The position numbers and the translations under genes are program-made. This document shows, piece after piece, positions 32,441 to 43,109 of a DNA stretch of 64,000 nucleotides. Each line of letters starts with the position of its first letter. Position 1 is the stretch's first letter. Source of the DNA: Minisyncoccota bacterium (GTDB lineage: Bacteria > Patescibacteriota > Minisyncoccia > Phycocordibacterales > SBAW01); assembly GCA_035546615.1 (NCBI GenBank), contig DASZWM010000007.1, positions 1-64,000 on the forward strand. The letters run 5' to 3'. A model generated the notes under the pieces. It was not told the DNA's origin. It saw nothing but the letters and a program-made list of their open reading frames with translations, and searched no databases.

Positions 32441-34969
32441 ATGAAAAAGGCTCTTCTTTCTTTCTCGAAAAAGCATTTCGATCCTTCTGGTGAGGAGCAA
32501 GTCTTTTATGCTTCGAGCATGAGCATTATGATTGAGGGATTATACAATGCTCTCCGGAAAGCCGATTATGCGGTCGACTACATAGACTCCTGTGAAAATC
32601 CCAAGGGTCCGGGTCCCTATGATTTGTTTGTCGGTAATCTTACACGATGGATGGATATCGCTTCGCAAAGCGAGGCGACTGTAAAGATCATCTTTATGGA
32701 AACCAGCCATCCGGTTAATCGCAACGAGCGCATGAAAGCATTGCGTGCAAGGTGGAACGTGCCACGAGACGAGGAATTGCTCGACACATCGTATACCGCA
32801 CTACGCGCGTTCGAGCTTGCGGATTACGTTATACAGGTGGGCAACGGAGTCAATATGGACGCTCTTGTTGCTAATGGAGTGCCCCGGGACAAAATTATCC
32901 CTCTCCACTATGGTCTTCCGTTAGCATGGAACAAACACGACATTCTTGCGCGCGGCGCGCTGAATAGATATGTTCATACGGCTGCGGAAATGGGATTACG
33001 CAAGGGGCTTCAGGAACTGATAGGGGCGTTCGGCTCCCCTACGTTCAAGAATATGTATCTGACTCTTATCGGGAACGTACGCAAAAAGGAGAACTACGCT
33101 TTTTGGAACTCTCGACTGGAGACTCTTAAGAAGGAAAATCCTGGTGTTGTGCACCTAGGATTTATCGACGCATCGTCGAGAAGATACTCCGAAATTTTGG
33201 CCGAACACGCATGGTATCTGTTCCCGTCGGCAGAAGAAGGCGAACCGGGAACCGTACTGGAAGCGATGACTCTTGGTTTAGTGCCAATCCTGACGCGAGA
33301 TAGTGGGATAGATTTCGCGCTCGATGGGAACTTTGAGGCTACGTTCAAGGAATCTCTTGATAAAACGCTTGCCATATCGAAAGAACAGTGGAGCATTCTC
33401 TCAGAAAAGGCCCGGCACTATATAATATTATTCCACGATCACGCCCTTTTTGAGAATCGGCTGGCCGAATTGTTCGGCAAGATAGCCGGTGGCGCGCGCG
33501 ATTTGCGTCCTACCGCGAGCATTATACTGACTGTCCACGACAAAGAAAAACATATCGTACGGCTGCTACAGACCCTTCTTACGAATACTCGCTCCTATCC
33601 TCACTGGGACCTACATATTATCTATGATGGCTGCAGCGACGCGTCGCGGCAAGTAGCGCAGGAAACCCTGAAGGACTTCCCTGTTACGGTATACGAGTAT
33701 GAAACGCCTGACGTATGGGAAGTAAAAGCAAACAATTACGGTCTCAAGCGGGCGCAAGGTAAATATTGCGTCATTCTACAGGACGACAACTTCATATATG
33801 AAGAAGGGTGGCTCGAAAAGATGCTCTCTTGGCTCGAGGAGCACCCGAAGGTCGGCATATTAGGAGGCTTGGCAGGCGTAAACTTCTTCCATCTCGACTC
33901 CTCCGATCCGAAGGGCCCGGGGGTGAACCGCTCCGCATTCGAGCTTCACCAGCGACTCGACCCAGCAGTACAGATTGAACTGCGGGATTTCATCTTCGAA
34001 GTTGACGCGGTCATGCGCGGGCCAATCATCCTTCGGAAAGCTCTGCTTGAGAAGCACGGTTACTTCGACGAAACGTACGCCCCGCTCTACAACGACGACA
34101 TGGACTACTGCTTCCGAATGCGGAGCCTTGGCTATGGGGTATTCTGCTACCCCATCAATGTGGTGAACGAGAGCCTTACGGTGGCACAGTATAAGAACCC
34201 GGTAAAGGACAAATTCTGGAAAGATACGGCGGAAAAGAACCAGAAACTATTATATAGGCGCTGGAGCGGAGATATAGAGAAATATCATGCGATCCAGATA
34301 AAAGTACCGAAACCCACCCTTGCAGCAGTCGGGGCTTTCCGGAAACAGCATACGGCGCGTCTGCCCAGGCTCAACATGTATGATATTCGCGTGCGGTCCC
34401 GCGCCGCAGCCCGCGCGATGTTCCTGCGCCTGCCCGCTTCTTTGGTGCGCGGCCTGATTCAAACGCTAAGATACGCGGGAGGTCGCGGAATCGCGGAGAA
34501 GCTCCGCGTGCACTATTTCGAGGGTAAGACTATTCCGTGGCGGCTCGCAAACGGCGATGCGAACCTGCGGGTCGAGTACCCACTCGCTTCCTCCTCGCTC
34601 ATATACAGCATCGGCGAGAAAAACGCGCAATGGGCGGAAGTTATGCGGCGCCGGTACGGATGTATGGTGCGTACACTTGCCTCCTGGCCTGCCGTGACGG
34701 ATGTGGGAAAAGACCTCGAAGCGCGCATACGAGGGCAGGGGGATATAGATCTGCTGAGTCTCTACATGGATGGTGGAGAATACGAGCTCCTGGAAATGCT
34801 GCTTGATAGCGGCACGGTGCAGAGTATTAGGAATATCCAGATAAAATTCGACGACAGCGCCCCCGACGCCATATCGCGCGTGCGTGCTATCCGCAAGCGG
34901 CTACGCGAGACGCACGCACCGACCTACCAATATGATTTCGTGTGGGAGAATTGGGAAAGAAAGAAGTAA
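32441..34969 (+). CDS. Tri-domain glycosyltransferase: GT4-like, GT2 (DxD QDD), and a C-terminal FkbM-methyltransferase-like region
   Basis: GT4 E-x7-E EEGEPGTVLEAM; GT2 ILTVHDKEKHIVRLL...IYDGCSDAS...ILQDDNF; C-term DLLSLYMDGGEYELL resembles the FkbM IDLLKxDIEGAE motif. Confidence 0.75.
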   Translation: MKKALLSFSKKHFDPSGEEQVFYASSMSIMIEGLYNALRKADYAVDYIDSCENPKGPGPYDLFVGNLTRWMDIASQSEATVKIIFMETSHPVNRNERMKALRARWNVPRDEELLDTSYTALRAFELADYVIQVGNGVNMDALVANGVPRDKIIPLHYGLPLAWNKHDILARGALNRYVHTAAEMGLRKGLQELIGAFGSPTFKNMYLTLIGNVRKKENYAFWNSRLETLKKENPGVVHLGFIDASSRRYSEILAEHAWYLFPSAEEGEPGTVLEAMTLGLVPILTRDSGIDFALDGNFEATFKESLDKTLAISKEQWSILSEKARHYIILFHDHALFENRLAELFGKIAGGARDLRPTASIILTVHDKEKHIVRLLQTLLTNTRSYPHWDLHIIYDGCSDASRQVAQETLKDFPVTVYEYETPDVWEVKANNYGLKRAQGKYCVILQDDNFIYEEGWLEKMLSWLEEHPKVGILGGLAGVNFFHLDSSDPKGPGVNRSAFELHQRLDPAVQIELRDFIFEVDAVMRGPIILRKALLEKHGYFDETYAPLYNDDMDYCFRMRSLGYGVFCYPINVVNESLTVAQYKNPVKDKFWKDTAEKNQKLLYRRWSGDIEKYHAIQIKVPKPTLAAVGAFRKQHTARLPRLNMYDIRVRSRAAARAMFLRLPASLVRGLIQTLRYAGGRGIAEKLRVHYFEGKTIPWRLANGDANLRVEYPLASSSLIYSIGEKNAQWAEVMRRRYGCMVRTLASWPAVTDVGKDLEARIRGQGDIDLLSLYMDGGEYELLEMLLDSGTVQSIRNIQIKFDDSAPDAISRVRAIRKRLRETHAPTYQYDFVWENWERKK

Positions 34970-34990
34970 TGCAATACAGAATTATCCTGG

Positions 34991-36500
34991 TATGCGCAAA
35001 TATCTATCTCCAAAAACATATCTACGCTTTATACGATACAAAATTCGCAAACTGAAAAAGGAACCCCTGCCTTCCTCGTCACGGCCCGTGTTCTGGATAG
35101 GTATCGGCGCTTGCGGTTTCTTGCGCACCTACAACTTGCTCACGTACAGCGGACAAACATCGGTATATTTTAAAAGCCGCAATAAACTTCAGAACCATAA
35201 CGTGCATCTGCATCCCGAGCGGGAACTCATGTGGGAGCGCGGCGAGGACGAGGGCGAACGGGTGCGCGCGTATTTCAAGCACGAAGGCGTATACGACCAC
35301 CACATAGCGCCCTACACCATCCGGTACGCCGAAGAAATACTCGCACACTTCAGCGGCGAGGCCGTGTTCCTCTGCCTTCGCTCGCGGAAGTCCGTCCGCT
35401 CGCTCTGGCTGCAGTGGGGATACCGCAACCCGCTCATGGCCGACCGCGCGCGCAAGAACCGCTATCCGGTCGAGTTCTATCCGGACTTGTCCGGTACCGC
35501 CAAAGACGGCAGGGAGGCGGTCGAGCGGTACAATGCTATTTATGACGAGCTTGCGGACTCGCTCGCAGCGGCTCACCCCGATACTTTTTACGTCGTAGAT
35601 GCGGACCGGTTCTTTAGCGATGAGGAATATTTCAACTCGATCAACGGGCGGTTCGGCTTGAGGCTGGCGTTCAAAGCCCAGGCGCCGGATTGCGATAGCG
35701 GCGGCGTAACGACAACGCTCGACGGAGGGCTGGGCAACAACCTGTTCCAAATGGCGGAGCCGGTTGCCTTCTGCGCCGAGCACGGCCTCCCCGCCCCGCA
35801 ATTTTCAACATGGCAGATGCCGGACTTTCCGCCCTCCTACCGCAGTGATCGTTTTTTGGGCGGGCATACGGGGTCGCAGGAAGAACTGAAGCGCACCTTC
35901 CCGGGAGTTGCATGGCTTCCGCCTTCCATAGCCTCTTTCGACCATAAATTCATGGTAACGGATATGTTCTCCTTCGAGGATGCGCATCCGCAGCGCGAAG
36001 CCATACTCAAGCATCTCGGCCCCTCTGAAGAGATGAGGCAGGAACTCGCGCAAAAGTATCCCGCTCTGGTCAAAGAAAATACGGTTTCCCTCCACTACCG
36101 GACCGGAGGCCTCAAGGCGGATACGCGCTCTTTCAGCGGGCTGAGTACCGAGTGGTATAAAAAGGTATTCGCTGACTATTTCCCGAAAGGGTACGACTGT
36201 TTCGTGTTCTCCGACAATAACGAGGCCGCCAAGAAGCTTATTGCGGAACTGGCAGGCAACAGCGAGAATACGTACCACCTTATAGAAGAAGGCGTCTTTC
36301 CGTCGCTCATTATGATGAGCATGTGCAGGAACCACATACTCAGCAACTCAACGCTCAGCTTTTGGGGAGCATATCTCGACCCCCGCCAGCCTGCCGGTAA
36401 GACCATCCTCCATCCCAGCTTTGAGACCTACCATTCCGAGCCCCATATCGAGTGCCGCATGATTCCGTATCCGGAATGGATACGGTACGATACGGCGTAA
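34991..36500 (+). CDS. Fusion protein: uncharacterised N-terminal domain plus C-terminal GT11-like (alpha-1,2-fucosyltransferase family) domain. The track ORF 34884 start is a 5' over-extension overlapping the upstream gene
   Basis: C-term HYRTGGLKAD ... HILSNSTLSFWGAYL matches GT11 HxRRGD and SNSTFSWW motifs; ATG at 34991 follows the upstream stop. Confidence 0.65.
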
Positions 36501-36503
36501 GCT

Positions 36504-37223
36504 ATGGAGCGCTTCAAAAAATATTTGGTTCCGAGAAACTACCTGCACCGCCTGCGGCTTATACTGGGGATGGATTACAAGGCAAGCTATGCGCAAAATG
36601 GCGAGGACCTGCTTATAGACTTTATCTTCCGCGCTCTCAAGATAGACTGCCCTTCATATATTGATATCGGCGCACACGATCCCCTACATAAGAGCAATAC
36701 TGTTCGCCTGTATAAACAAGGGTCCAGGGGCATCAACATCGAGGCAAATCCCGTCTTGTATAAGTGCTTCCCGCGCAAACGCCCAGGAGACATTAATCTC
36801 AATATCGGCATTGCTCCTCATGCCGGCACGCTGGATTTTTACGTCATGAACAATCCCGGATTAAGCACCTTTTCAAAAGAAGAGGCCGAACGCCTGGTCC
36901 GGGACCATGGGTTTGCGATCGCCAGCGTGTATCCGGTCCGGGTGCGGACGGTTGCGGACGTGATAGAGGAATATTGCGGCGGCACGTGCCTGGACCTGCT
37001 CACTATAGACACGGAAGGGCTGGACGAGGATATTCTGCGATCCGTCGATTTCTCCAAATATCGGCCCAAGGTCATATGCGTTGAAACGATATCCTTTTCC
37101 AAAACGCGCGGCGGCGTTAAGGACGAAAGACTTATAAGCTTCCTGAAAGAACAGGGATACCTGCTGTTGGCGGATACGTATATAAATTCCCTTTTCGTCG
37201 ATGCAAGCGTATGGAAAGAATAG
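36504..37223 (+). CDS. FkbM family methyltransferase
   Basis: YIDIGAHDPLHKSNTVRLYKQGSRGINIEANP ... LDLLTIDTEGLDEDIL. Confidence 0.8.
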   Translation: MERFKKYLVPRNYLHRLRLILGMDYKASYAQNGEDLLIDFIFRALKIDCPSYIDIGAHDPLHKSNTVRLYKQGSRGINIEANPVLYKCFPRKRPGDINLNIGIAPHAGTLDFYVMNNPGLSTFSKEEAERLVRDHGFAIASVYPVRVRTVADVIEEYCGGTCLDLLTIDTEGLDEDILRSVDFSKYRPKVICVETISFSKTRGGVKDERLISFLKEQGYLLLADTYINSLFVDASVWKE

Positions 37224-38209
37224 ACGCGCGCTACGAAGCTCAGGTATATCGCGGGCCGCGCATCGCGGGGCTTTTGCACGCCATGCTCGGGAATGCGCCA
37301 TTCGCATGGTACCGCCGCGCGCGCAACGCGGCGATCGCCCCGTTCCTTAGGAAGCCGGCCCTTGCCACGGCCGTGTACAAGAACGGCCTGCGCTTCTGGG
37401 ACGCCCGCTCCTACCGAAAGGCCCTGGCCTACTATCTCGCCAAACGCCAGACGTTTGAGGAATACAGCGAGGACCGGTCGAATGAGCCGAAGGAATATCT
37501 CGATCTCGATTTCTGCGCGTACTTCCAATGCTACAAGAACAGACGCGCCACCCGCGAAGCGCTGCGTTCGTTCCGGCGGCAGTACCCTGCAGTACCCGTG
37601 CTGCTCCTCTCCGACGGCGGCGACGACTTCAGCGAACTGGCGCGCGAATTCGGCTGCGAATACGAGCACGACCCTAAAAATATCGGTTACTGGCCGTGCA
37701 AGGACATGCTGCTATGGTTCAAGCGGCTTGCGCTCGCCTGCGAGCGGTTCGGCAAAGAGTGGGTGCTTATTCTTGAGGACGACGTGCGTACGCGCGACAG
37801 GATAAGCAAGTACCCGCACGCGCACCTTTCCGGCCAAGGCGGCAGCCGGGGCGCGCGGATAACGAAACAGCTGTCGCCTGCGGCGGTGGCGTATATACAA
37901 GAGAAATATCCGGATGCCGGAGCATTCGGCATCTCGGGCTGCGGCGGCTCCATATTCCATCGCGCGTCTTTTATGGACTGCTACGCAAAGCTGACGCCGG
38001 AGGATCTTGCGCGATGGTCCATGCTCGATCCCGGCTCTGAAGGAGCCACTGATATCGCGCTTACATTCCTGTTCCTCGCGAACGGATACACGGTGCGCCG
38101 CTGGCTGGACTTAAGCCACGACAGTATCGGCAATTGGGGGCCGGGCAGCGCGTTCGATCATCAGTTCAAGGAGTTTTACGGGCCAAAATCGGAGGGATCG
38201 CCGGTATGA
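37211..38209 (+). CDS. Hypothetical protein (putative glycosyltransferase-associated); overlaps neighbours by 13 nt and by ATGA
   Basis: 332 aa, no motif recognised with confidence; operonic overlaps support it being coding. Confidence 0.5.
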   Translation: MERIDARYEAQVYRGPRIAGLLHAMLGNAPFAWYRRARNAAIAPFLRKPALATAVYKNGLRFWDARSYRKALAYYLAKRQTFEEYSEDRSNEPKEYLDLDFCAYFQCYKNRRATREALRSFRRQYPAVPVLLLSDGGDDFSELAREFGCEYEHDPKNIGYWPCKDMLLWFKRLALACERFGKEWVLILEDDVRTRDRISKYPHAHLSGQGGSRGARITKQLSPAAVAYIQEKYPDAGAFGISGCGGSIFHRASFMDCYAKLTPEDLARWSMLDPGSEGATDIALTFLFLANGYTVRRWLDLSHDSIGNWGPGSAFDHQFKEFYGPKSEGSPV

Positions 38210-39108
38210 TCATCGTCAAGATACACGGCGGCCTCGGCAATCAGCTGTTCCAATACGCGCTTGGAAAGGCGGTGGCGGATCGCAACAATATGCCGCTCAT
38301 GCTCGACATCTCGGGCTACGGCCGCGTGGCCGACCGCTCCTACGGACTCTCCCCATTTTCCGTTTCCGCCGCAATCGCGTCGCCCGGTGATATTGCCACC
38401 CTCCTGCCGCCCGCGGATGGGAGCTTTCTCTCCCGCGTACGCAGAAAAGCATTCTACGGGGTGCAGCAGCTCCTGCCGATTGAGAAGCGGGCATACGTGC
38501 GAGAGCCGCATTTCCATTTTGCGCCGGAGATATTGCGCGCCGGCAAGAATGCCTATCTGGACGGCTATTGGCAGTCGCAAAAGTACTTCGCGGACATCGG
38601 GCCCGAGATCCGCAAACAGTTCGCTCTGGCTGCGCCGTTTGGCCCCGCCGCGGCAGCCATCGCTAGCGATATCGCAAAAGACGCACGGCTGGGCCGCGCC
38701 GTGTCGGTGCATGTGCGGCGCGGCGATTACGTGACGAATCCCAACGTAACCGCAATGAACGGCGTGTGTCCGCCGGAATATTACCGCGCTGCGGCGCACG
38801 CCATGGCGAACCGCCTGGGGCAGCCGCCCGTATATTACGTATTTTCCGACGACATCGAGTGGGTGCGCGAGCATATGCCCTTTCTCTCGCCGGCCGTGTT
38901 CGTATCCCGCCCCGGCATAGCTCCGCACGAGGACATTGCGCTCATGAGCCGCTGCTCGGCGCATATCCTTGCCAACAGCACCTTCAGCTGGTGGGGCGCG
39001 TGGCTTGATCCGAATCCTGCTAAGATAGTCATTGCGCCCAAAGAATGGTTCCGGGACCGGAGCGTCAATACCAAGGACGTGCTGCCGCCTGAGTGGATAC
39101 AGCTATAG
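38206..39108 (+). CDS. GT11 family alpha-1,2-fucosyltransferase-like glycosyltransferase (paralog 1)
   Basis: MIIVKIHGGLGNQLFQYALGK ... VHVRRGDYV ... ANSTFSWWGAWL. Confidence 0.8.
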   Translation: MIIVKIHGGLGNQLFQYALGKAVADRNNMPLMLDISGYGRVADRSYGLSPFSVSAAIASPGDIATLLPPADGSFLSRVRRKAFYGVQQLLPIEKRAYVREPHFHFAPEILRAGKNAYLDGYWQSQKYFADIGPEIRKQFALAAPFGPAAAAIASDIAKDARLGRAVSVHVRRGDYVTNPNVTAMNGVCPPEYYRAAAHAMANRLGQPPVYYVFSDDIEWVREHMPFLSPAVFVSRPGIAPHEDIALMSRCSAHILANSTFSWWGAWLDPNPAKIVIAPKEWFRDRSVNTKDVLPPEWIQL

Positions 39109-39119
39109 GCGCAAACGAC

Positions 39120-40019
39120 ATGATAATCATCAAATTACAGCACGGCCTCGGCAATCAGCTGTTCCAGTATGCGCTCGGCAAAAAGCTCGCGCTTCTGCAC
39201 GGCACCGAACTGAAGCTCGACATATCGACCTACACGCAGCGCATCGGCTATCGCCATTTCGGGCTCGAGCCTTTTGCGATTACCGCGCCCGTCGCGGCAC
39301 CGGAGGACTTCAGGCGCATACGCGTGCCCCCTCCTACCCAGGACCTGCTGTCGCGCATCAGGCGCAAGGCGCTGCGCATGCGGGAGCAGGGCACACCACT
39401 CAATGAGAGGCGTTTTATTACGGAACCCCGGCCGACATTCATCCCCGAAGTGCTTCAGGCGCGCGATAATGCATACCTCGTAGGCGATTGGCAGAGCGAA
39501 AAGTACTTCAAGGACATCGCGCCCGTCATACGCCGCGAATTCGCGCTTAAAGAGCCCTTGCAGGGCGCCGCTCTGCGCGTGGCCGAGCAGATCAGGCAAT
39601 CGCACGGCACGCCGGTGTCGCTTCATGTGCGGCGCGGTGACAGCGTGAGCAACCCGAAGTCCATACAGAAGTTCGGCACGATGCCGCTCTCCTATTATCT
39701 TGAGGCGGCGCGGATGATGCGGCAGAAGGTGCCCGACGCCGTGTTTTTCGTATTCTCGGACGACATTCTCTGGGCGCACGAACATCTGGCAGAGCTTGCC
39801 CCCATAGTGTTCGCGTCAGATCCCGAGATAAAGGATTACGAGGACCTGACGCTCATGAGCCTATGCGCCCACCATATCCTTCCCAACAGCACGTTCAGCT
39901 GGTGGAGCGCCTGGCTCAATCCCAGCCCTCATAAGCTGGTTATCGCTCCCAAGAAGTATTTCCAAGACCCGTCCATGGACACCAGCGACCTTATGCCGCC
40001 TGAGTGGATACGGCTGTAA
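39120..40019 (+). CDS. GT11 family alpha-1,2-fucosyltransferase-like glycosyltransferase (paralog 2, tandem duplicate)
   Basis: MIIIKLQHGLGNQLFQYALGK ... LHVRRGDSV ... PNSTFSWWSAWL. Confidence 0.8.
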   Translation: MIIIKLQHGLGNQLFQYALGKKLALLHGTELKLDISTYTQRIGYRHFGLEPFAITAPVAAPEDFRRIRVPPPTQDLLSRIRRKALRMREQGTPLNERRFITEPRPTFIPEVLQARDNAYLVGDWQSEKYFKDIAPVIRREFALKEPLQGAALRVAEQIRQSHGTPVSLHVRRGDSVSNPKSIQKFGTMPLSYYLEAARMMRQKVPDAVFFVFSDDILWAHEHLAELAPIVFASDPEIKDYEDLTLMSLCAHHILPNSTFSWWSAWLNPSPHKLVIAPKKYFQDPSMDTSDLMPPEWIRL

Positions 40020-40049
40020 CAGCGCGGGCGGATATGCTACTGTAATCGA

Positions 40050-40847
40050 ATGCAATCATCATTTGCCCAAGTCCCCGTCGATGCCGTCCGCGATTTCTGG
40101 AACCGCCGTCCGTGCAACATCCGCCACTCCCCCAGCCCCGTCGGTACAAAAGCCTATTTTGACGAGGTGGAGGCACGCAAATACAAAGTCGAGCCGCACA
40201 TTCCCGGTTTTGCGGACTTTCCGCGCTGGAAGGGGAAAAAAGTGCTCGAAATAGGGGGCGGCATCGGGACCGACTCCGTCAATTTCGCGCGAGCCGGAGC
40301 GAAGCTTACCGTGACCGAGCTGTCGGAGGAAAGCCTCAAGATATGCCAGGAGCGCTTCAAGGTATTCGGCCTGCAGGCATCGTTCTATACCGGCGACGCG
40401 GAGCGCCTTTCGGACATTGTCCCGGTCGAGAAGTACGACCTCGTATACTCCTTCGGCGTCATTCATCACTCGCCGCATCCGGAGCGCATCATCGAGGAAA
40501 TAAAGAAGTACATGGGTCCGGACTCGGAGCTGCGCATCATGCTCTACGCCAAATACTCCACCAAGAACCTGCTTATTCTCCTAGGCCTGATGCAGCCGGA
40601 GGCCCAGACGGGGTGCCCAATCGCCTACACCTACAGCGGCCGCGACGTGCGCAAGCTTCTGAAGGGCTTCGACGTCGTCTCCATCAAGAAAGACCATATA
40701 TTCTCCTACCAGATAGAGCCGTACAAGCGCTACGAGTACAAGAAGTCGTTCCCCTGGAACCTCACTCCTGAGCCGATATTCCACATGTTCGAGCGGCTCT
40801 TCGGCTGGCACCTTCTCATCACCGCGAAGCTGCCGAAGCATGGCTAA
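40050..40847 (+). CDS. Class I SAM-dependent methyltransferase
   Basis: [31 protein letters not shown] ... [12 protein letters not shown]. Confidence 0.8.
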   Translation: MQSSFAQVPVDAVRDFWNRRPCNIRHSPSPVGTKAYFDEVEARKYKVEPHIPGFADFPRWKGKKVLEIGGGIGTDSVNFARAGAKLTVTELSEESLKICQERFKVFGLQASFYTGDAERLSDIVPVEKYDLVYSFGVIHHSPHPERIIEEIKKYMGPDSELRIMLYAKYSTKNLLILLGLMQPEAQTGCPIAYTYSGRDVRKLLKGFDVVSIKKDHIFSYQIEPYKRYEYKKSFPWNLTPEPIFHMFERLFGWHLLITAKLPKHG

Positions 40848-41760
40848 GAAGAGAGGCTGTATCGTATATCTCGTACGCACATCGCAGGAGGATCTGGACA
40901 TGCTCAATAAGTCCCTTGGACTCGTTGAGCGCAACCTCCTGCCCTCAATGCAGGAGAAGCCGGACATACTTCTTTTCCATGAACCGTCGTTCGGTCCGGA
41001 ATTCAAGAGCAAGGTCCGTCCGGTGACGGCGGGCGCCGTCCTGTTTCAGGAGATCGAGTTCCGCCTCCCTCCGTATCCGCCGCGCATAGCGGACGCCATA
41101 CCGGAGTACGTTCCCCACCCCACACACGGTAACGGTCCGCTTGGATGGGGGCACCCGGGATTCGGCATGGGATACCGGTTCATGTGCGACTTTTTCGCCG
41201 GCTCCATGTACGACCAGGCCGTCTTGCAGGGCTACGAATACTATTTGCGCCTCGATACCGACTCGTTCATCCTATCGCCCGTCAGGTACGACATGTTCGA
41301 GCGCATGCAGTCATCCGGATGCGAATACGGCTTCATAGAAACGGCCCTGCAGCAGGACGAGCCTGCGGTCATTGAAGGCCTTTGGAGCGAGACGAAGCGC
41401 TGGATCGACAGCAACGCAATACGCACGCAGGTGCCGATAGCGGCGCTGCCGGAGGGCCGGATGTTCTATACCAATTTCGAGCTTGGGAAGGTCGCTTCGT
41501 TCTCGCCGGGTTCCGACTATTACCGCTTCTATTCGTTCATACGGGAAACCGGCAATATATTCATCCGCCGCTGGGGCGACGCGCCCATCAAGTATCTCGG
41601 CGTGAACCTGTTCATACGGCCCGAAGCCGTACAGGGCGCGCGCGGCTTCCGATACCAGCACGGCGCCATATTCGATCTGCCCGGCTACCACAAGCCGTTT
41701 CCCTGGAAAGATCCAAGGCCCCGGCGCATCGCGGGCTGGCTCAAGAGCCTGCTCTCGTAG
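40840..41760 (+). CDS. Putative glycosyltransferase (nucleotide-diphospho-sugar transferase fold, GT15/Kre2-like [10 protein letters not shown] motif)
   Basis: 306 aa; DxD-like LDTDS; operonic overlap with upstream methyltransferase. Confidence 0.45.
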   Translation: MAKKRGCIVYLVRTSQEDLDMLNKSLGLVERNLLPSMQEKPDILLFHEPSFGPEFKSKVRPVTAGAVLFQEIEFRLPPYPPRIADAIPEYVPHPTHGNGPLGWGHPGFGMGYRFMCDFFAGSMYDQAVLQGYEYYLRLDTDSFILSPVRYDMFERMQSSGCEYGFIETALQQDEPAVIEGLWSETKRWIDSNAIRTQVPIAALPEGRMFYTNFELGKVASFSPGSDYYRFYSFIRETGNIFIRRWGDAPIKYLGVNLFIRPEAVQGARGFRYQHGAIFDLPGYHKPFPWKDPRPRRIAGWLKSLLS

Positions 41761-41773
41761 CTACGCAAAGCGC

Positions 41774-42400
41774 TTACTTCTTTAAAAAAACAAAGTAGCC
41801 GCTCGTTTGCTTGGAGGAGTGTTTTTTGAAAAGCAGGTCGAGCAGAAAGCCGAGGTCTTCGAACACGCGCCAGCGTCCCAATGGGCTCAGCCGCACCAGC
41901 GTTTCCAAAGGGCCTCGTACCGGCTGCATGGCAATGCTGCCGAACGGCTTGAAGATATGCCTTAGCGAATCTTCGGTAAAGCGCCAATAATCGCCGTAGT
42001 ACCCCTTCTCGGCATGATAATAGTAGAGAAAAGGAACGTAGACGAAGCAGTATCCCCCGGGCTTCAGCACGCGGTGCATTTCGCTCGCCGCCTTGATCGG
42101 GTTCTCGACGTGTTCAAGCACGGCATTGCATACGACAGCCTCCTGCGTGTCGCTGCCGAACGGCAGGTCCTGAACGTCACCCACGATATCCGGATTGAAG
42201 TCCGGCACGTAATCCAATATCTTATACGATGTCTTTTGCTCCTCCATCAGCGCGCGTATCCACTTATGCGATGCATCAAGGCGGTTGGAACGGTCGCGCG
42301 CGATGCGCAGGCCTCCGCCGATATCGACGACTTCATGTTTCTCCCGAAGGATGCGCCCTATGCTTTCCTTATAAAAGACGTCCCAAGGGCGTGTAAGCAT
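41774..42400 (-). CDS. Class I SAM-dependent methyltransferase (start at MLTRPWDV; the track 42637 start is an over-extension)
   Basis: VVDIGGGLRIARD ... AVVCNAVLEHVENP ... LKPGGYCFV; ATG 42400 abuts upstream stop as TAAcATG. Confidence 0.75.
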   Translation of the reverse strand: MLTRPWDVFYKESIGRILREKHEVVDIGGGLRIARDRSNRLDASHKWIRALMEEQKTSYKILDYVPDFNPDIVGDVQDLPFGSDTQEAVVCNAVLEHVENPIKAASEMHRVLKPGGYCFVYVPFLYYYHAEKGYYGDYWRFTEDSLRHIFKPFGSIAMQPVRGPLETLVRLSPLGRWRVFEDLGFLLDLLFKKHSSKQTSGYFVFLKK

Positions 42401-42401
42401 G

Positions 42402-43109
42402 TTACTTTTGTAGCACGTATACCTTCTCGTGCGCCAGGCCGGGCGCAACAGGCAGCATACACGCCTCAGCGAGCCGTTGAAGAACGCGCGCCAGGGCCGG
42501 GAATCTCCATATGAACGGGACGAAAAATCCGCACGGTACCGTTTGCACGATCGTGAACAAGGAGCGCATATACTCTTCATACTCCCGGTACGAAAGCATG
42601 TTCTCAAATCCTTCCTCCCCACCCCGCATCCGCGCATGGAGCGATCCCTGCCCGGCTATGGAACAGATGTACACGCCGCCCGGCCGCAAGGCGCCGTGCG
42701 CAGCCTTGAGGTCTTCCTGCCACGGCGCATAGTTGAGCACGCCCACCTCAAGCACCACGTCAAAGCCCCCGTGCAGAAGGGCGCCTTCGCGCACGAAGTA
42801 CGCAATGGGGCGGGCGCCGTTTGCCGCCTTCGCCGCCGCAACCATGTCGGGCGCGATGTCGTTCCCTTCCACCCGGCCGAGCTTCGCGCTAAAAGCGTCA
42901 TATGCCGCCCGGAGAACGACCCCATCAGCGATCCCCACTTCCAGAAGCGCCGCAGGCGCGGGGCGATTCTTGAGAAATCTTCCAAGCATGCCGAGGACGA
43001 GCTTCAGGCGGCGTTTGAAGAAATACTGCACGTAATCGGTCTCCCGTTCGGGATACCGCTTGCGCGAGTAATTGACGCTTTCTTGGTTGTAATAGTCGGT
43101 GTCTTTCAT
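42402..43109 (-). CDS. Class I SAM-dependent methyltransferase (start MKDTDYY; ATGA overlap with upstream GT4 stop)
   Basis: LEVGIADGVVLRAAY ... FDVVLEVGVLNYAP ... LRPGGVYICS; tcat at 43106-43109 verified. Confidence 0.75.
   Translation of the reverse strand: MKDTDYYNQESVNYSRKRYPERETDYVQYFFKRRLKLVLGMLGRFLKNRPAPAALLEVGIADGVVLRAAYDAFSAKLGRVEGNDIAPDMVAAAKAANGARPIAYFVREGALLHGGFDVVLEVGVLNYAPWQEDLKAAHGALRPGGVYICSIAGQGSLHARMRGGEEGFENMLSYREYEEYMRSLFTIVQTVPCGFFVPFIWRFPALARVLQRLAEACMLPVAPGLAHEKVYVLQK

Noticed and set aside
41774-42637. 287-aa methyltransferase ORF overlapping the upstream methyltransferase by 236 nt
   Set aside because: The first 79 aa are Arg/Cys-rich junk. The start was reassigned to ATG 42400, which abuts the upstream stop.
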